From Octopus sinensis (lineage: Eukaryota), in assembly GCF_006345805.1 (NCBI RefSeq), contig NC_043011.1:682001-746000 (forward strand): a DNA stretch of 64,000 nucleotides, written 5' to 3'. How positions within the stretch are numbered: position 1 is the first letter of the stretch; the number at the start of each line of letters is the position of its first letter. The notes beneath the pieces were generated by a model that was not told the DNA's origin, made no database searches, and saw only the letters and a list, made by a program, of their open reading frames with translations. Of the stretch, positions 50,905 to 64,000 are shown piece by piece. A program made the translations under genes and the position numbers.

Positions 50905-51747
50905 AAGTGAAAATCAAAACAAATCAAAATAGATGAACATCAATGGAATTTGTATCTTTGTGGTACACAAGAAAACCATCCGAACGTGGCCGTAGCCAGT
51001 ACCGCATCGACTGGCCTCTGTGCTGTGGGCACATAACAAACACCATCCGATCGTGGCCGTTCGCCAGCCTCATCTGGCACCTGTGTCGGTGGCACATAAA
51101 AACACCATCCGAAGACCCGGCAAGACTAGTCAGGCCATAACCCGTGGCCCCTACCTGGGACGTAGTCAGTCCACCTGTGCATACCTTCCTTCTTGTGACA
51201 CTTGTGAAGACCTGTTGAGGCAAGTGAAAATCAAAATCAAAATCAAAACAAATCAAAATAGATGAACATCAATGGAATTTGTATCTTTGTGGTACCAGTG
51301 CCGGTGGCACACAAGAAAACCATCCGAACGTGGCCGTAGCCAGTACTGCATCGACTGGCCTCCATGCTGTGGGCACGTAACAAACACCATCCGATCGTGG
51401 CCGTTCGCCAGCCTCATCTGGCACCTGTGTCGGTGGCACATAAAAACACCATCCGAGCGTGGCCGTCTGCCAGCCTCGTCTGGCACCTGTGTCGGTGGCA
51501 CATAAAAAACACCATCCGAGCGTGGCCATTCGCCAGCCTCGTCTGGCACCTGTGTCGGTGGCACATAAAATCACCCACTACACTCTCGGAGTGGTTGGCG
51601 TTAGGAAGGGCATCCAGCTGTAGAAGCACTGCCAGATCTGACTGGCCTGGTCCAGCCTTCGGGCTTCCCAGACCCCAGATGAACCGTCCAACCCATGCTA
51701 GCATGGAAAGCGGACGTTAAATGATGATGATGATGATGATGATGATG
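50905..51747 (+). mobile_element. RTE-type 3' end copy with expanded tandem modules
   Basis: A duplicated higher-order unit (about 50910 and 51240) plus several approximately 60-bp modules, then the shared 3' end and (GAT)n. Confidence 0.85.
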
Positions 51748-52181
51748 TTATGTTTGTCCGGTAGTTGAAAGACCCTTTCTGTTGTTTACTTATTTCTTTT
51801 CGTATATGTACATTCATTTATCTTACCCAGAAGCTTAATGCTTTTAGCTCAAGTCCTTCACCCACCCAGTTTCAAGTAGTATTGGAGATAACTGGGCGAA
51901 ACTGCGAAGACATTCCAGACTGTGACTGAAGAAGCAATTGGCTGCGAATGATCTGTGTATCTTGTTTTCTCCTGTTTGCCGTTGTCGTGCTGTCCTTTTC
52001 CCCACATGTTGTGCTTTGCCGGTTTCTGTTTGTTGTGTTCTTTCTGTTCTACCTTTGATGTAAAGTCACAAATGACAGAGAAATAGTTTGATGAAATTTT
52101 AATTAGCAATAAGAAAGTACAAACTTCATGACATCACTTAAGAACATGTAAATAGTTTATATAGGTACAGATGTACCTATA

Positions 52182-53226
52182 TAGGTGCAGGAGTGGCTGT
52201 GTGGTAAGTAGCTTGCTTACCAACCACATGGTTCCGGGTTCAGTCCCATTGCGTGGCACCTTGGGCAAGTGTCTTCTACTATAGTCTTGGGCTGACAAAG
52301 CCTTGTGAGTGGATTTGGTGGACGGAAACTGAAAGAAGCCCGTCGTATATATGCATATATATATATATATGTGCGTGTGTGTTTGTGTGTCTGTGTTTGT
52401 CCCCCTAGTATTGCTTGACAACCGATGTTGGTGTGTTTATGTCCCCGTCACTTAGCGGTTCGGCAAAAGAGACTGATAGAATAAGTACTGGGCTTACAAG
52501 GAATAATTTCCGGGGTCGATTTGCCTGATTAAAGGTGGTGCTCCAGCATGGCTGCAGTCAAATGACTGAAACAAGTAAAAGAGAGAGTAAAGAGTATGTG
52601 GCTGTATAGTAAGAAGTTTGCTTCCCAACCACATGGTTTCAGGTTCAGTCCCACTGCATTGGGCATGTAACTTCTATGATAACCTTGAGCAGACCAAAGC
52701 CTTGTGATTGCATTTGATAGATGGAAATTGAAAGAAGCACATTGCGTGTTTGTATATGCACATATATGTTCACGTACATGCACATGCGCATATATATATA
52801 TATATTTATATATTCTTTTATTCTTTTACTTGTTTCAGTCCTTTGACTGCAGCCATGCTGGGGCACCACCTTTAGCTAAACAAATCGACCCCAGGACTTA
52901 TTTCTTGTAAGCCTAGTACTCTTTCAGTCTCTTTTGCCTAACTGCTAAATTATGGGGATGTAAACACGCCAATATCGGTGTCAAGCAATGATGGCGGGGG
53001 ACAAACACAGACACACAAATACATACACACGCACACACACACATATATATATATATACATGATGGGCTTCTTTCAGTTTCCTTCTACCAAATCCACTTAC
53101 AAAGCTTTGGTTGGCCTGAGGCTATAGTAGAAGGCTATAGTACCCAAGGTTCCATGCAGTGGGACTGAACCTGGAACTATGAGTTTGGGAAGCAAGCTTC
53201 TTACCACACAGCCACTCCTGTGCCTA
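52182..53226. mobile_element. Cluster of three CORE-type SINEs (+52182-52590, + diverged 52595-52800, -52812-53226)
   Basis: Family matches in both orientations. Confidence 0.85.
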
Positions 53227-53339
53227 AAAACAGTGTTTCAAATTATTAACAACGTAACATTTTTATTTACTTAAAAACTAGTTTTTGGAATTCAACAGAA
53301 TCTCCACAGAATGATGGTAATAGTTATATGCACGTGGTG

Positions 53340-54260
53340 TGTAAAAAAACTCCTAACTTGGTGTCCATTCTTGTAAACTCATTGCTTTAAAATATTCCAC
53401 AAGTATTCTATTGGGTTTAAGTTGGGGGAACAGGCAGGCCACTTCATCTTCGGAGATCCACAGAATCCTAATTGTTGTTGATACTCTGTAGTTTTCTTTG
53501 CTGAGTGCGAGGGCTCATTATCTTGCATGAATATTATGGTGATCCATTGCTTTTTAACCAAGGTTCAAGGTGCTCCCTCAGAAAGGCTGTGTAAGCATCT
53601 ACAGACATTTTAGCACTGCCAGGCACCTTCCAAGGATCAATCATAATAATAATACTCTAATAATACCTGCCCAAATCATGATGCCTCTTCCCGTTGTTGG
53701 TGTCTTTATCCATTTACAACCCACCACTTGCTCTAACCATCAGTTCTATCAAGGGTGGTATGAGTTATAAACAAAACTTTTGAAAAGTCAACCTTCATGT
53801 TATCTTCTGCCCATTTCAGAAAATTTTGTATGTGTATTTTGTTTAAAGGAAGCTTTTTATCTGATGTCACCAGTTTACTGACCTTTTTCAGAAGACAATA
53901 CTGGGTAGTTCTAGACATAGTTGTTTTACCAAAGGGCTTGGAAAGTTCTTCACTTCTAAGACCTGTGTTATTTACAGCTTCATGCTTAATTCATGACAGA
54001 GAACGTTGAGAAACAGTCCCTGACTGACCCTTGTCAGTTCTCTTACATATCTTTGTTGGAGCTGTAACAAGTTTTTTTCACAGTTTGGTGAAAGCTTCCA
54101 ATTATTTTAGACATTTCTAATATTGATTTACCTTTTGCAAACTCAGAAGCAATAACAGATTTCTCTGAAACAGTTAAGTCACATTTACAACCCATAATTA
54201 CATGATTATCAGACCACTCGTTAATAATTTGGAACACTGGAAGTTTGTGGAAATCATGCA
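53340..54260 (-). pseudogene. Tc1-like (DD34E) transposase remnant
   Basis: MGCKCDLTVSEKS...HQTVKK, VDFSKVLF, IMIWAGII, FMQDNEPSH, WPACSPNLNPIEYLW; multiple frameshifts, TIRs not seen. Confidence 0.8.
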
Positions 54261-54561
54261 AAAGCCTGTGGTTTGCTTACACTTGCACAAAACCTCACGT
54301 TTATCACACGCCACACATATAACAGTTGTCCACATTCTGGAAATTTTGTTGAGTTCCAGTGAGTAGTCTTTAAATAAAATATGTTGTTATAAATTGAAAT
54401 GCTGTTGTTGGTGATTTGAAATGCAGTGTATATAAATATATACAACAGGCTTCTTTTGGTTAGTCCAAATACATTTGTCAAGGAATCTGATAATGTTACC
54501 AATGTTGATGCTGAAGCCCTTTTTTCTGTGTTGTTGTCATTGTTGAGTAATTGTGGATAAT

Positions 54562-54770
54562 ACTCTCTCTCTTTTACTCTTTTACTTGTTTCAGTCATTT
54601 GACTTCGGCCATGCTGGAGCACCACCTTTAATCGAGCAACTCGACCCCGGGACTTATTCTTTTGTAAGCCCAGTACTTATTCTATCGGTCTCTTTTGCCG
54701 AACCGCTAAGTAACGGGGACATAAACACACCAGCATCGGCTGTCAAGCAATGCCAGGGGGACAAACACAG

Positions 54771-54808
<38 letters not shown>

Positions 54809-54982
54809 GCATATATACGATGGACTTCTTTCAGTTTCCGTCTACCAAATCCACTCACAAGGCTTTGGTCAGCCCGAGGCCATAGGAGAAGATACCCGCC
54901 CAAGGTGCTACGCAGTGGGACTGAACCCGGAACCATGTGGTTGGTAAACAAGCTACTTACCACACAGCCACTCCTGTGCCTA
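54562..54982 (-). mobile_element. tRNA-derived CORE-type SINE
   Basis: Full-length family match. Confidence 0.9.
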
Positions 54983-55253
54983 CTTTAGTAAACATATAGC
55001 TGTAACAGAAGTGATCAAACACTTAAAATTAACCCAACCAAAAACTGACAATCTCTAGATATGCAATCTCTAGATATGCATATTAACTTTTGGTTACACT
55101 TAGCATTTAATTTGTTTAATTTAATTAATTGGTCACTTCTTTATTGTAACCAAGTAGCTATAGATAGAGAGGAGAATGCACGAAAAAAACAAAATACGAA
55201 GACAGGCGGTGTAGAAAGCAAACAGATGTATAACGCTCAGGAATTGAAAAAGT

Positions 55254-55289
55254 CTTTTATGTTTCGAGCCTATGCTCTTCCTCAGAAAG
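55254..55289 (-). ncRNA. Minimal hammerhead-like variant (extra A)
   Basis: CTTT-CTGAGGA-A-GAGC-ATAG-GCTC-GAAA-CA-TA-AAAG. Confidence 0.5.
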
Positions 55290-56569
55290 GAACATAGAAA
55301 GAAACAAGGAGAGAAAAAAAATGTGTGTAGTGGCTACTGATCTATCATGGCGACTGGATATGTTATGGATAGTTATGGATATAAGCTCATGATCATAAGG
55401 TTGTGAATTTAATTTCTAGACCTTTTGGCATGTTGAGCTCTTGAACAAGACACTTCATTTTATGTTGCTCCAGTTTACTTGCCTCAAATTAGTACCAGGA
55501 AAGTGCTGTTGCTGCTCTTTCTTGCTTCAGCTGTCATATCCTAAATGTTTATCGTAAGTGCTTAGTTGATTCAAGAGTGTGAAGGCTTAGACAGTGTTTG
55601 TGACTGAAAACAGCAGGAGCATAGTACTTGCTACCAGTCAAACTAATTGATGTGAGACAGCTAAGTGTTTTTTTGTTTTTTTGGTAATGTAAATCATTTC
55701 AGTTTTGAAAATATATCATCCCAATTTTCAAGTGAGATGTTGATTCACATGTAGCAACTATAGATGGAAAACATTAAGCAACTTAACACAGCTCTTTCTC
55801 TCTCTCTCTCTTTTCCTCTCTCTCCCTATCTCTCTCTCTCTCACACACACTTACACTTTCCTGCTTCCCACTTGATATTTTCTAGCCAGTGTACATATTG
55901 AGTTTGTGTGTGCATGTGTGTGTATATTTGTATGTTGTACATTTATTTCCCTTCATAAATCTGAATTGGAGACCCTGTTGCACCAGCGTTTCAATTATAG
56001 AAGAAAAACTGATTTTCAAATACATACAAATAGTTCCAGAAAATATTTTAATGTATTTTAATGCTTTATATGAAAATTTTGGAACCAGATTAAGATTAAT
56101 ATTATTTTGAATTCATTTCAAATCTTAATTTCTCAGAGGTAAATAGGGTGACTGAACTTTTAACTGTGTCAGAAAAAAAGTTGATTCACCAACTTTCTAG
56201 TTGGATTAAAATTTTTTTAATGCTATTTCATCTGGGAATAAACTGCTGTAGATTTTATGTTTCGCTATTACATCTACTGAAAAGCACTCAAACATGCAAG
56301 TATGATTATATGCATGCAATAGCTCACTCTCACACACATGCAAATGCAAAATACATCTGCATGTGCACACATGGGACATAACAAATGCAAATACATGCAT
56401 GCCCATGTGCACATGGTCACATGTCTGCAGCCCTATCCACTCATACGATCTCACATGCACAAATGCACATATGCAAAGGTAAGGACTCTTGAACACTATT
56501 AGTCTTATAAATTCCAGTGATTATATTTAAATATATAAATAACTAGTCTACAACCCAGGTTGTAATATC

Positions 56570-59500
56570 TTCTAGTTCCTTTTAAGTGTTTGAATTTGAT
56601 AATACTAGATTATATGGGATATTGACTTGATTGTATTTTGGGTGATATGAAAGTAAATATTGTTTTGAGTTTGTTCATTTATAACACATCTGTTTCAAAC
56701 TAGTCTAAATCCATAGCTTATGTAAATTGTGTGTGCACAGCAAACAGTACAACTTATTTCTTATATGTCACTGAGATACCTACTAGCCTCGTGTCTTCCA
56801 CCATCTTCCATTTTGTCCTTAATATTATCCAAACAACCTCACTTTGTAGTCTTCTTGTATCTTTTTTTACTGTAAGCTTGTCTTTGTATGATGTTATTCT
56901 TGTGTAGTAGATTTAGTCTGTTGTCTAGTTTAGCACCATTATCTGGCCCTATGGTTGACTTAGCTGAGTTTATGCTGTTGCAAGCTTTCAAGCAGGTTTC
57001 TTGTCTGAGAATAGTTTTTTTTCTTTTCTTTTTGTGATTTTGTAGTCTTCTCAACAGCTTCTGTGTTAACACTTTCATTAGAATCTCTTTCTCTCTCTCT
57101 CACACTCACACACACACATACACGCGCATGCACACATGGGAAGATTTATACTGTAGCTTCAAAATACCATAATCCGTATTCAAAAATAGATTATCCTAAT
57201 CAAATTATTTCGAAATAAAGATATCATATATTCAAAATACATTACTACTATAAAATTATTTTAAGATTAATTATTCTAAAGTACGTTTTCACATTTAAAT
57301 TCTAGTTCCTTTTAAGGGTTTGGATTTGATAATACTAGATTGTACGGGATATTGACTTGATTGTATTTTGGGTGGTATGAAAGTAAATATTGTTTTGAGT
57401 TTGTTCATTTATAACACATCTATTTCAATCCTATTCTGCTTTTTTTATAACTAATATCTCTGAAAAGTACAATTTATCCTTGCTGTATTCCATAGTATCC
57501 TGAAGGTTATGGTTAATGCCATTTGTGAGAATCTTAAGTTCAGTGAGTCTATCCAAACTGTCTTCGCATAGGATAAAGCAATCATCTAAGTACCTTTTCC
57601 AGTTTTCTATCAAGTAATTATGAGAATGCTTTACATATTTCTGCCTTAATTTTTCTTATATTTTTATCTTAAGATATCCCATTGCTAAATTTGCATATGA
57701 TGGGACTACCTTGCCATTCCAAATTTTTGTTTATATATTACATGGTTAAAATTTTAAAAAGTTGTTTTGTAGAAGACCTTCAATAATAAATTCTCTTTAT
57801 ATGTGATCTGTTGACTCATGAGGTCATTTATTAAGCCAGAAATGTATTACTTTTATTCCATATTCATAATAAACATTTGAATACAGGTTAACCACATCAA
57901 AAGAAACTATTAATATTTCTTCATTCACTAAGTCGAAGGTGGTTTAACATATCCCAAGTTATATTTTAGTTGCTCTGTGTATGCTTCAAATATAGTTTCA
58001 GTAATGTGCCTCAGTAGGTTTCACACTATAGGTCCTACCACTATTCGTTATAATTTTAAATCATTTAAGTGAAGCACATTTAAACAAGAAACTGAGGATT
58101 TCCTATGGTCATCATTTATAAAATTACTTTTATGGACTTTTAGCATTCCATATAAATTTCTTGTTTTACATTTTAAAAAGTAGTCTTTATCAGTTAAGCC
58201 GGTATTGAATGAATTGGCTTGGACATTAAGCTTTTGCATTATTTTCTACTGATTGCAGTTAATTTTTCATAACATTGTAAAGACTGTAATGGAGGAAAAT
58301 ATTCATTTGAACTTTTAGGGAAAAAAGGAAAAATAAATAAATTTTGTAAATGCTCAATGTACAGGTTACCAAAATGCCTTTTAGAATATTGAAATAAACA
58401 TTTGGTAGTTTAAAAAAAGGAAAAATAAGGGATCTTTTCGGTTTGAACGACAGTTTCTTCTAGCAGTGTCATATGAAATTGTCACCCATAATTATGACCC
58501 TAGTATCAATCTATCACATTTCAATCTGCTTTAGGGTTAGGGTTAGTTAAGGTCAGGGTTAGGGTTAGTTAAGGTCAGGGTTAGGGTTAGGGGTGGGGGG
58601 AAGGGTATCTTTTTTCTTCACAAATATAAATAAACCCAATCTGTTTCTTAAACGAGGGACATTTTCATATGGCACAGAATGTTTTTTTTACCTCAATACA
58701 TGTCATTGATTGGTTGAAATTGCAGAAATTGAAGAAAAACAAAACTACAACTATCTTACAAACTATAGAATTTTCTCAATAAAGCCAAGAGAAAAAGATG
58801 TTTTATAAACACATTCTACCAGTATACGAAGTTTAAAATTTTTTAGTTACCTAGAAATTATGTTAAAAACTGCCATTCAAACCGAAAAGATCCAGTGAAG
58901 GAAATCTAAAGTAGTCTGTGCCCATTACAACTATAGCACTTCCTTTATCAACTTCTTTTAGAATCAGTTTTGAATCAGTTTATTTACTTCTATTCCTGGC
59001 TAAATATTCATCATTGTTGTCTTTATGAAACAGCTCTTCTGTAAGCCTTAGTTTTCAGCAGGTTTGTAACATTATCTTTGATTTCATATAGATTCAAATT
59101 TTGTGGTGTTGGTGTAAATTTAAGCCTGTTTGCAAGTGTGTTTATTTATTCTAATGTTAATATTTTATTGGACAAATTTAAAACTTGTTTTTTTTGTGTC
59201 TTAGCTGTTCCATCTGCTGTCTGTGTTCCTTTTGACAGGGTCTAACAAATGATTATGAACGTTTTGAAGTTTTGATTAGCTAGAGTTGTTCTTTTCATAT
59301 ATTCATGTAATAATCAACAGAATTATGTTACCTGTTATAAATATTTGCAAAGTTCTTTCTCTGTTTCTTTGTTGTTTCGAAATTCTCTCTCTCAGAATGA
59401 TTTCCAAATTTGTTTCTTCTGTAATTGTTCTGTACTTGTCGCAAAAACAGATCTTGAGTTACCTGTTGTTCCCTACCTAGATTGGTTTCTGTTAAATTCA
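56570..59500 (-). pseudogene. Decayed Penelope-like element RT region, split by a MITE, with a local 130-bp duplication
   Basis: LNLSNKILT...LKFTPTP, KEVDKGSAIVVM, LYGMLKVHK, IVSFDVVNLYSN, SYANLAMGYL, WKRYLDDCF, TMEYSKDKLYF; about 56570-56700 duplicates 57300-57430. Confidence 0.8.
58430..58893. mobile_element. 464-bp MITE (GGATCTTTTC family) carrying TTAGGG-type repeats
   Basis: 27-bp TIR GGATCTTTTCGGTTTGAA(C/T)G(A/G)CAGTTT with 2 mismatches; TTAGGG/TCAGGG block at 58531-58592. Confidence 0.85.
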
Positions 59501-59986
59501 CTCTCAAATAATTTTCTTTTAAAATTCAGTATTTGTGTTTTTGTTGAATATTTGGCCATTGTTTTGAATTTTTAATGCATCGTAAATTTTATATTATATG
59601 TGTGTATGCATGCATGTGGGTGTGTGCAAATTCTCACACACATATATGCATATATGCATATGCATACATATATATACACATACATCATCATAATCATCAC
59701 CATTTTCCTCATTTTTATGTCCGCTCTTCCATGCTGGTATGAGTCAAACAAAACTTATGGAGGCAGTTATTCTATGACCAATTGTTCTTCCTGTTGTCAA
59801 TACTTTCTTGTTTCCAAGTAAGGTAATATTTCATCCTACGCCTTTGATTGCCAAACGACAGCTCAATGGTTAGACATGTTTTTGAGACAGATTGCAAACA
59901 ATGATACCATTGCATAGACTGTGGCATTGTTCTCACTCAGTAGGCAGTAAATGTCAATGAGAATGTTATAAAGAGAATGAGAAGCC

Positions 59987-60610
59987 ATGAACACAAACAA
60001 ATTTGTACACACACACACACACACATTTACATATATATACTATACACGCACACACACACACATTTACATATATATACTATACACGCACACACACATACAC
60101 ACGTACAAACACACACAAACTCACATACACACTGACAGATATACATACACAATATACACCTATCCGTGCATGCACACATACACATAAACACATACAAACG
60201 CACACATACACGCACACACATACACGTACATACATACACACTCACACAAATGAACCCACACATACATCCCTACACACACACACGTACAAGCACACACACA
60301 CATACACTAGGTTAAGCACAGTTACTCGTCACACACCCAAACTCTACGCATACACACACGAACACACACATGCACACACACACACTACAAACAATACACA
60401 CACATGATACATATACTTACACGCACACACATATACCCCTTTGTTTTTTGACCTGGTTTTGACCTGGCTGAATACAAACAAGTGCCACTCCTTTATGACA
60501 GCTAGCTTGCCATGCCAATTATTCACCATACATACACACACACACACACGCACGCACAAACACACTTGTCATCCTTGCACACACACACACACACGCACCG
60601 ACACACATTA
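59987..60610. repeat. Degenerate (CA)n tract
   Basis: Directly visible. Confidence 0.9.
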
Positions 60611-60754
60611 CTTGTCTTTGAAACTCTCTTGTTTTTAAAAATCATGATTCGTCTACCTCTCAACTTCTGTTCTTTCAACATGTGATCTCTTGAGCACCAC
60701 CAGCAAAAATATTTTTTCCTCTGTCTTCCCTTCTCGGGATCTTTCCTTCTCCTT

Positions 60755-60789
60755 GTTTCCGACGAAGAGCTCCGCTCGAAATGTTAAAC
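60755..60789 (+). ncRNA. Minimal hammerhead-like variant (U4C and extra A)
   Basis: GTTT-CCGACGA-A-GAGC-TCC-GCTC-GAAA-TG-TT-AAAC. Confidence 0.45.
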
Positions 60790-60886
60790 CCTCCTTCCAT
60801 TCTTTCCTGAGCGTCAAATAATACTTTAATTGTTCCACGTCCTCGCATTGCTGTGTTTTTTTCTGTGTTTTCTTGTTTGGATTAAC

Positions 60887-60947
<61 letters not shown>

Positions 60948-61613
60948 TTTTGTATCTCTGTTGTAAGGTTTCATTTCCACACATGCCAGCTGAATTCAGT
61001 TCGTCTCCAGTCGAAAGACACCTGTTGTTATGTCCTGTTATTATTATTTTTATTGTATTTATATTTGTGTAACATTGTTTTTCCGTCCTTGTTTTCGTAT
61101 ACATTCTATGCTTTCTTCCAAGGAATCTAATTCTCTTAGCTTAGTTTTTCCTTGGGGCTGGTCAGATTGGAGCAAATGAAGAGGTAAAAAATTTGTTGTG
61201 ATATAAGAAAGTCCCACTTTGACTGTCTCTTCTTCAACTCCATCACTTGTACCTATGGAATTAGGGAATCACTATGTAATCACTTAGCCAGGTAGAAATA
61301 ACAGTGAAATACCTCTTAAATCATATTCTCTTATCTTGTGTAAGAACAAGACAGTTGAGATAGTGTAATGCGACATACCACTATGATAACAGAAAGTGGT
61401 AAACAGAATGCTTTGTGTTACAGATGTAATCAGTCAGTGTTGACAGTATCAACTAAAATAGAATCTTTATTACGATCATGACGATCTTATATAGAATGGG
61501 ACAAAACAGGACAAACAAAAGATAAAAATGTTATATGAGTTCAAATGAGTTACATATTAAAAATTTACTTAAATATTTTATACAACGATTAAATTTTCCT
61601 TTAACTAGAATTC

Positions 61614-61900
61614 TTTTTTTTATAATAAAATGAAAACAAAGAAAGAAAAACGACCTAAAAAGATTAAAAGATCGAACCCGGCAGCCTATAAGGCCCAGCA
61701 ACGATCTTTTCCTTTCATCAATGATTAAGCTGGGTTACTAACACCCACTTTTCTCATCACATCCTTCCATCGTTTCTCGTATTCTCTCGGTGGCAGGGTC
61801 CTCCTCTCCAACTCCATCTTGCTCTTCAGGTGGTATCTGAAGTAAGACAGCGAACCGGGGCCAGAGATGAAGGACCCTTTCACCGAACATTTTACATTTG
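61614..61900 (-). mobile_element. L1/Tx1-like LINE 3' fragment with poly(A)
   Basis: FISGPGSLSYFRYHLKSKMELERRTLPPREYEKRW resembles Tx1-type ORF2 C-termini; followed by a T-rich 3' UTR and an A-run at 61614-61621. Confidence 0.5.
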
Positions 61901-62527
61901 CTAACCAATCAACTGACATTTTAAATTCAAGCCAGCAAAGAATTGTTACTGTTTGTATTATAGAATAATAAAATAAAGACAGACTGAAACAGTAGAAGAG
62001 AACGAAGGTATAAAACCATTGTTGAATGGTTTGCTTTAAATACACATAAGAGCTAACAAAATTTACCTCAAAGTGGAAATATATTTCTCATCCATATTCA
62101 TTTTACTTTAAAAAATGTAAAACTTGAAGACATCATTAGATGATTTGTAAATTCAATTTCTTTTATTGAAAGTATTTTATTTCCATTCCCATTCTATTAG
62201 CAGTGTTTAAGGAAAATGATAAACTTATTAAAAACTCTATTGCTAAATTCAACACTCTTCTGCTAAAGTGTTGCCTCGTGCATATTTAAAATTGAATACA
62301 GCATGTATGTATCAATTTCTTGCATTCCATCTGTCATGTAAAGACTGCAGAGTGTAAGTTCAAATCATTTGAGCACTACTATGTGTTTTCTATACTGAGC
62401 ATTTCTAGACCTCACCTGGTGGATCCATACACACACATACACACACACACACATATATATGTATGTATTTATACACACACACACACATGTATATATTTGC
62501 ACATACACACACACATGCACACATATG

Positions 62528-62567
<40 letters not shown>

Positions 62568-62773
62568 TCATCATCATCATCGTCATTATCATCATCATTT
62601 AACATCAGTTCTCTATGCTAGCATGGGTTGGACAATTTGACAAGAGCTGGGGAGCTGGGGAGCTGCACCAGCTTTGGTCAATCTGTTTAACTCACACCAG
62701 CATAGGCAATCGACATTAAATGATGATAATGATGATATACATGTAAGACATATATATATAATCTATCTGTCTA

Positions 62774-62825
<52 letters not shown>

Positions 62826-62834
62826 CCTACCTAC

Positions 62835-62868
<34 letters not shown>

Positions 62869-62946
62869 GCCTGCCTGCCTGCCTGCCTGTCCGTCTGTCT
62901 ATCCATGTGTGTGTGTGTGTGTATATGTATTGTACATATATGTGTG

Positions 62947-62990
<44 letters not shown>

Positions 62991-62993
<3 letters not shown>

Positions 62994-63228
62994 CAAACTT
63001 GTTACTAGTTGAAGTATGCTTGGGGCAAACTTGAACCTGTATGAAAGCCATTCATTGTATTTTGTCAAGGAGAAAATTCCTTGCTGTAGACAGACAGGTA
63101 GATGACTTAGTGTGTTTACACCTATTTGTCTATAGTGAAAAATGTTCTGCAATACAAAATACAGTGAATGGCTTTCAAGCAGGTTTGAATATGCGACAAA
63201 CTTAATTTAATTGGTAGCAAGTTTGTAT
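62991..63228. repeat. About 240-bp diverged palindrome (MITE-like fold-back)
   Basis: ATACAAACTTG/CAAGTTTGTAT, TGAAAGCCATTCATTGTATTTTGT/ACAAAATACAGTGAATGGCTTTCA and TAGACAGACAGGT/ACCTATTTGTCTA are nested symmetrically. Confidence 0.75.
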
Positions 63229-63404
63229 TTATTCACATCACTACTTAGCACTTCTACTATGTGTGCACATATATATATAATTGAGATTCAGTTGAATGGT
63301 TGAATGAGGTACTTAAGTTGAAGCACCAAATCAGTGCGGTATTATCCGTACAACTCAAAGTAAGGTGAATAAAATCAAAATAAGCAACAGGATATCAAGA
63401 AGTA

Positions 63405-63492
63405 ATGCAGTACGACCATTTCAATCGGTTCCATTTAATTGAACAATGTAATCATTACATCAATTTAAATGCAGAGCTATCCTCAGCTGCAT
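63405..63492 (-). ncRNA. Degenerate type I hammerhead ribozyme
   Basis: ATGCAG-CTGAGGA-...CATTTAAATTGA...TCAATTAAATG...-GAAA-TGGTCG-TA-CTGCAT. 6-bp helix I and both core boxes intact; the base of helix II is eroded. Confidence 0.55.
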
Positions 63493-64000
63493 AAATAAAT
63501 AAATAGAATTTTTAATCAGTTGGACACATTAATATAATTTGACTTAAATGTTCTAATAGAGCAAGAAGACAGAAAGCGTCCATGTTGCTACTAATGTAGC
63601 TAAGTGTATACTACACTTCTAAGAAATGTATGAAGTTTGTTGGGGTCATATCTTGTAAAGGATTGTAGTTCATTTTTAATTTATTAGTCTTTTTATCGAC
63701 TACCAAATCTAAGGCTAGAGAACTGTGTCTGTTTAGAATGGAGGGCAGGAGTGAGTTGACAGCACATAACTTGGTATTGTCATAATATTGTGACGATTAG
63801 TATAAAGCAACTGTCATTAAAGGAGGCTGGGTAGGGGAAGACCCCAAATCAAGATGTTAATTACAAGTTATAGGGGCAAGACGCTAATAGAAGCTATGAT
63901 ATTAATACAGAGGAAACTATCATGGGGTACTATGGGAGATTGTATATAAACAATAGTGTTATGTTGTATAAAGATAAAATTTAAGATTATTAAAAATGAT

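Noticed and set aside
51290-51575. Regularly spaced repeats resembling a CRISPR array
   Set aside because: The intervening segments are themselves homologous, the context is a eukaryotic retroposon 3' UTR, and there are no cas genes.
61725-62045. 106-aa ORF as a host gene
   Set aside because: The C-terminal part looks like a LINE ORF2 end followed by a UTR and poly(A); the N-terminal part is AT-rich flank.

Overview
This is AT-rich animal genomic DNA, most likely octopus or another cephalopod (inferred from the SINE and LINE repertoire). I found no supportable host-gene exon; the window reads as intergenic or deep-intronic sequence made of transposable elements and microsatellites. Larger elements: a near-intact R4/Dong non-LTR element between (TAA)n arrays (39170-44147), a 5'-truncated but stop-free RTE LINE with a PHD finger inside its RT region (24017-26982), a CR1/L2-group LINE (21298-23932), a complete mariner (19466-20730), a Tc1 remnant, a candidate solo LTR, several MITEs, about 14 tRNA/CORE-type SINEs, about 9 Nin/Deu-type SINEs and many Penelope-like element (PLE) remnants. 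Two observations stand out. (1) A decayed PLE reading frame runs from a PLE-type N-terminal motif into a Ulp1/C48 SUMO-protease-like domain with His, Asp and Cys catalytic motifs (12663-13620), directly downstream of a GIY-YIG 3' end. (2) Nine hammerhead-ribozyme-like motifs occur on both strands, including a canonical-core copy enclosed by a 77-bp inverted repeat and a three-copy variant family with an extra A in the core. All calls were made by eye without database searches, so family names and many boundaries are approximate.
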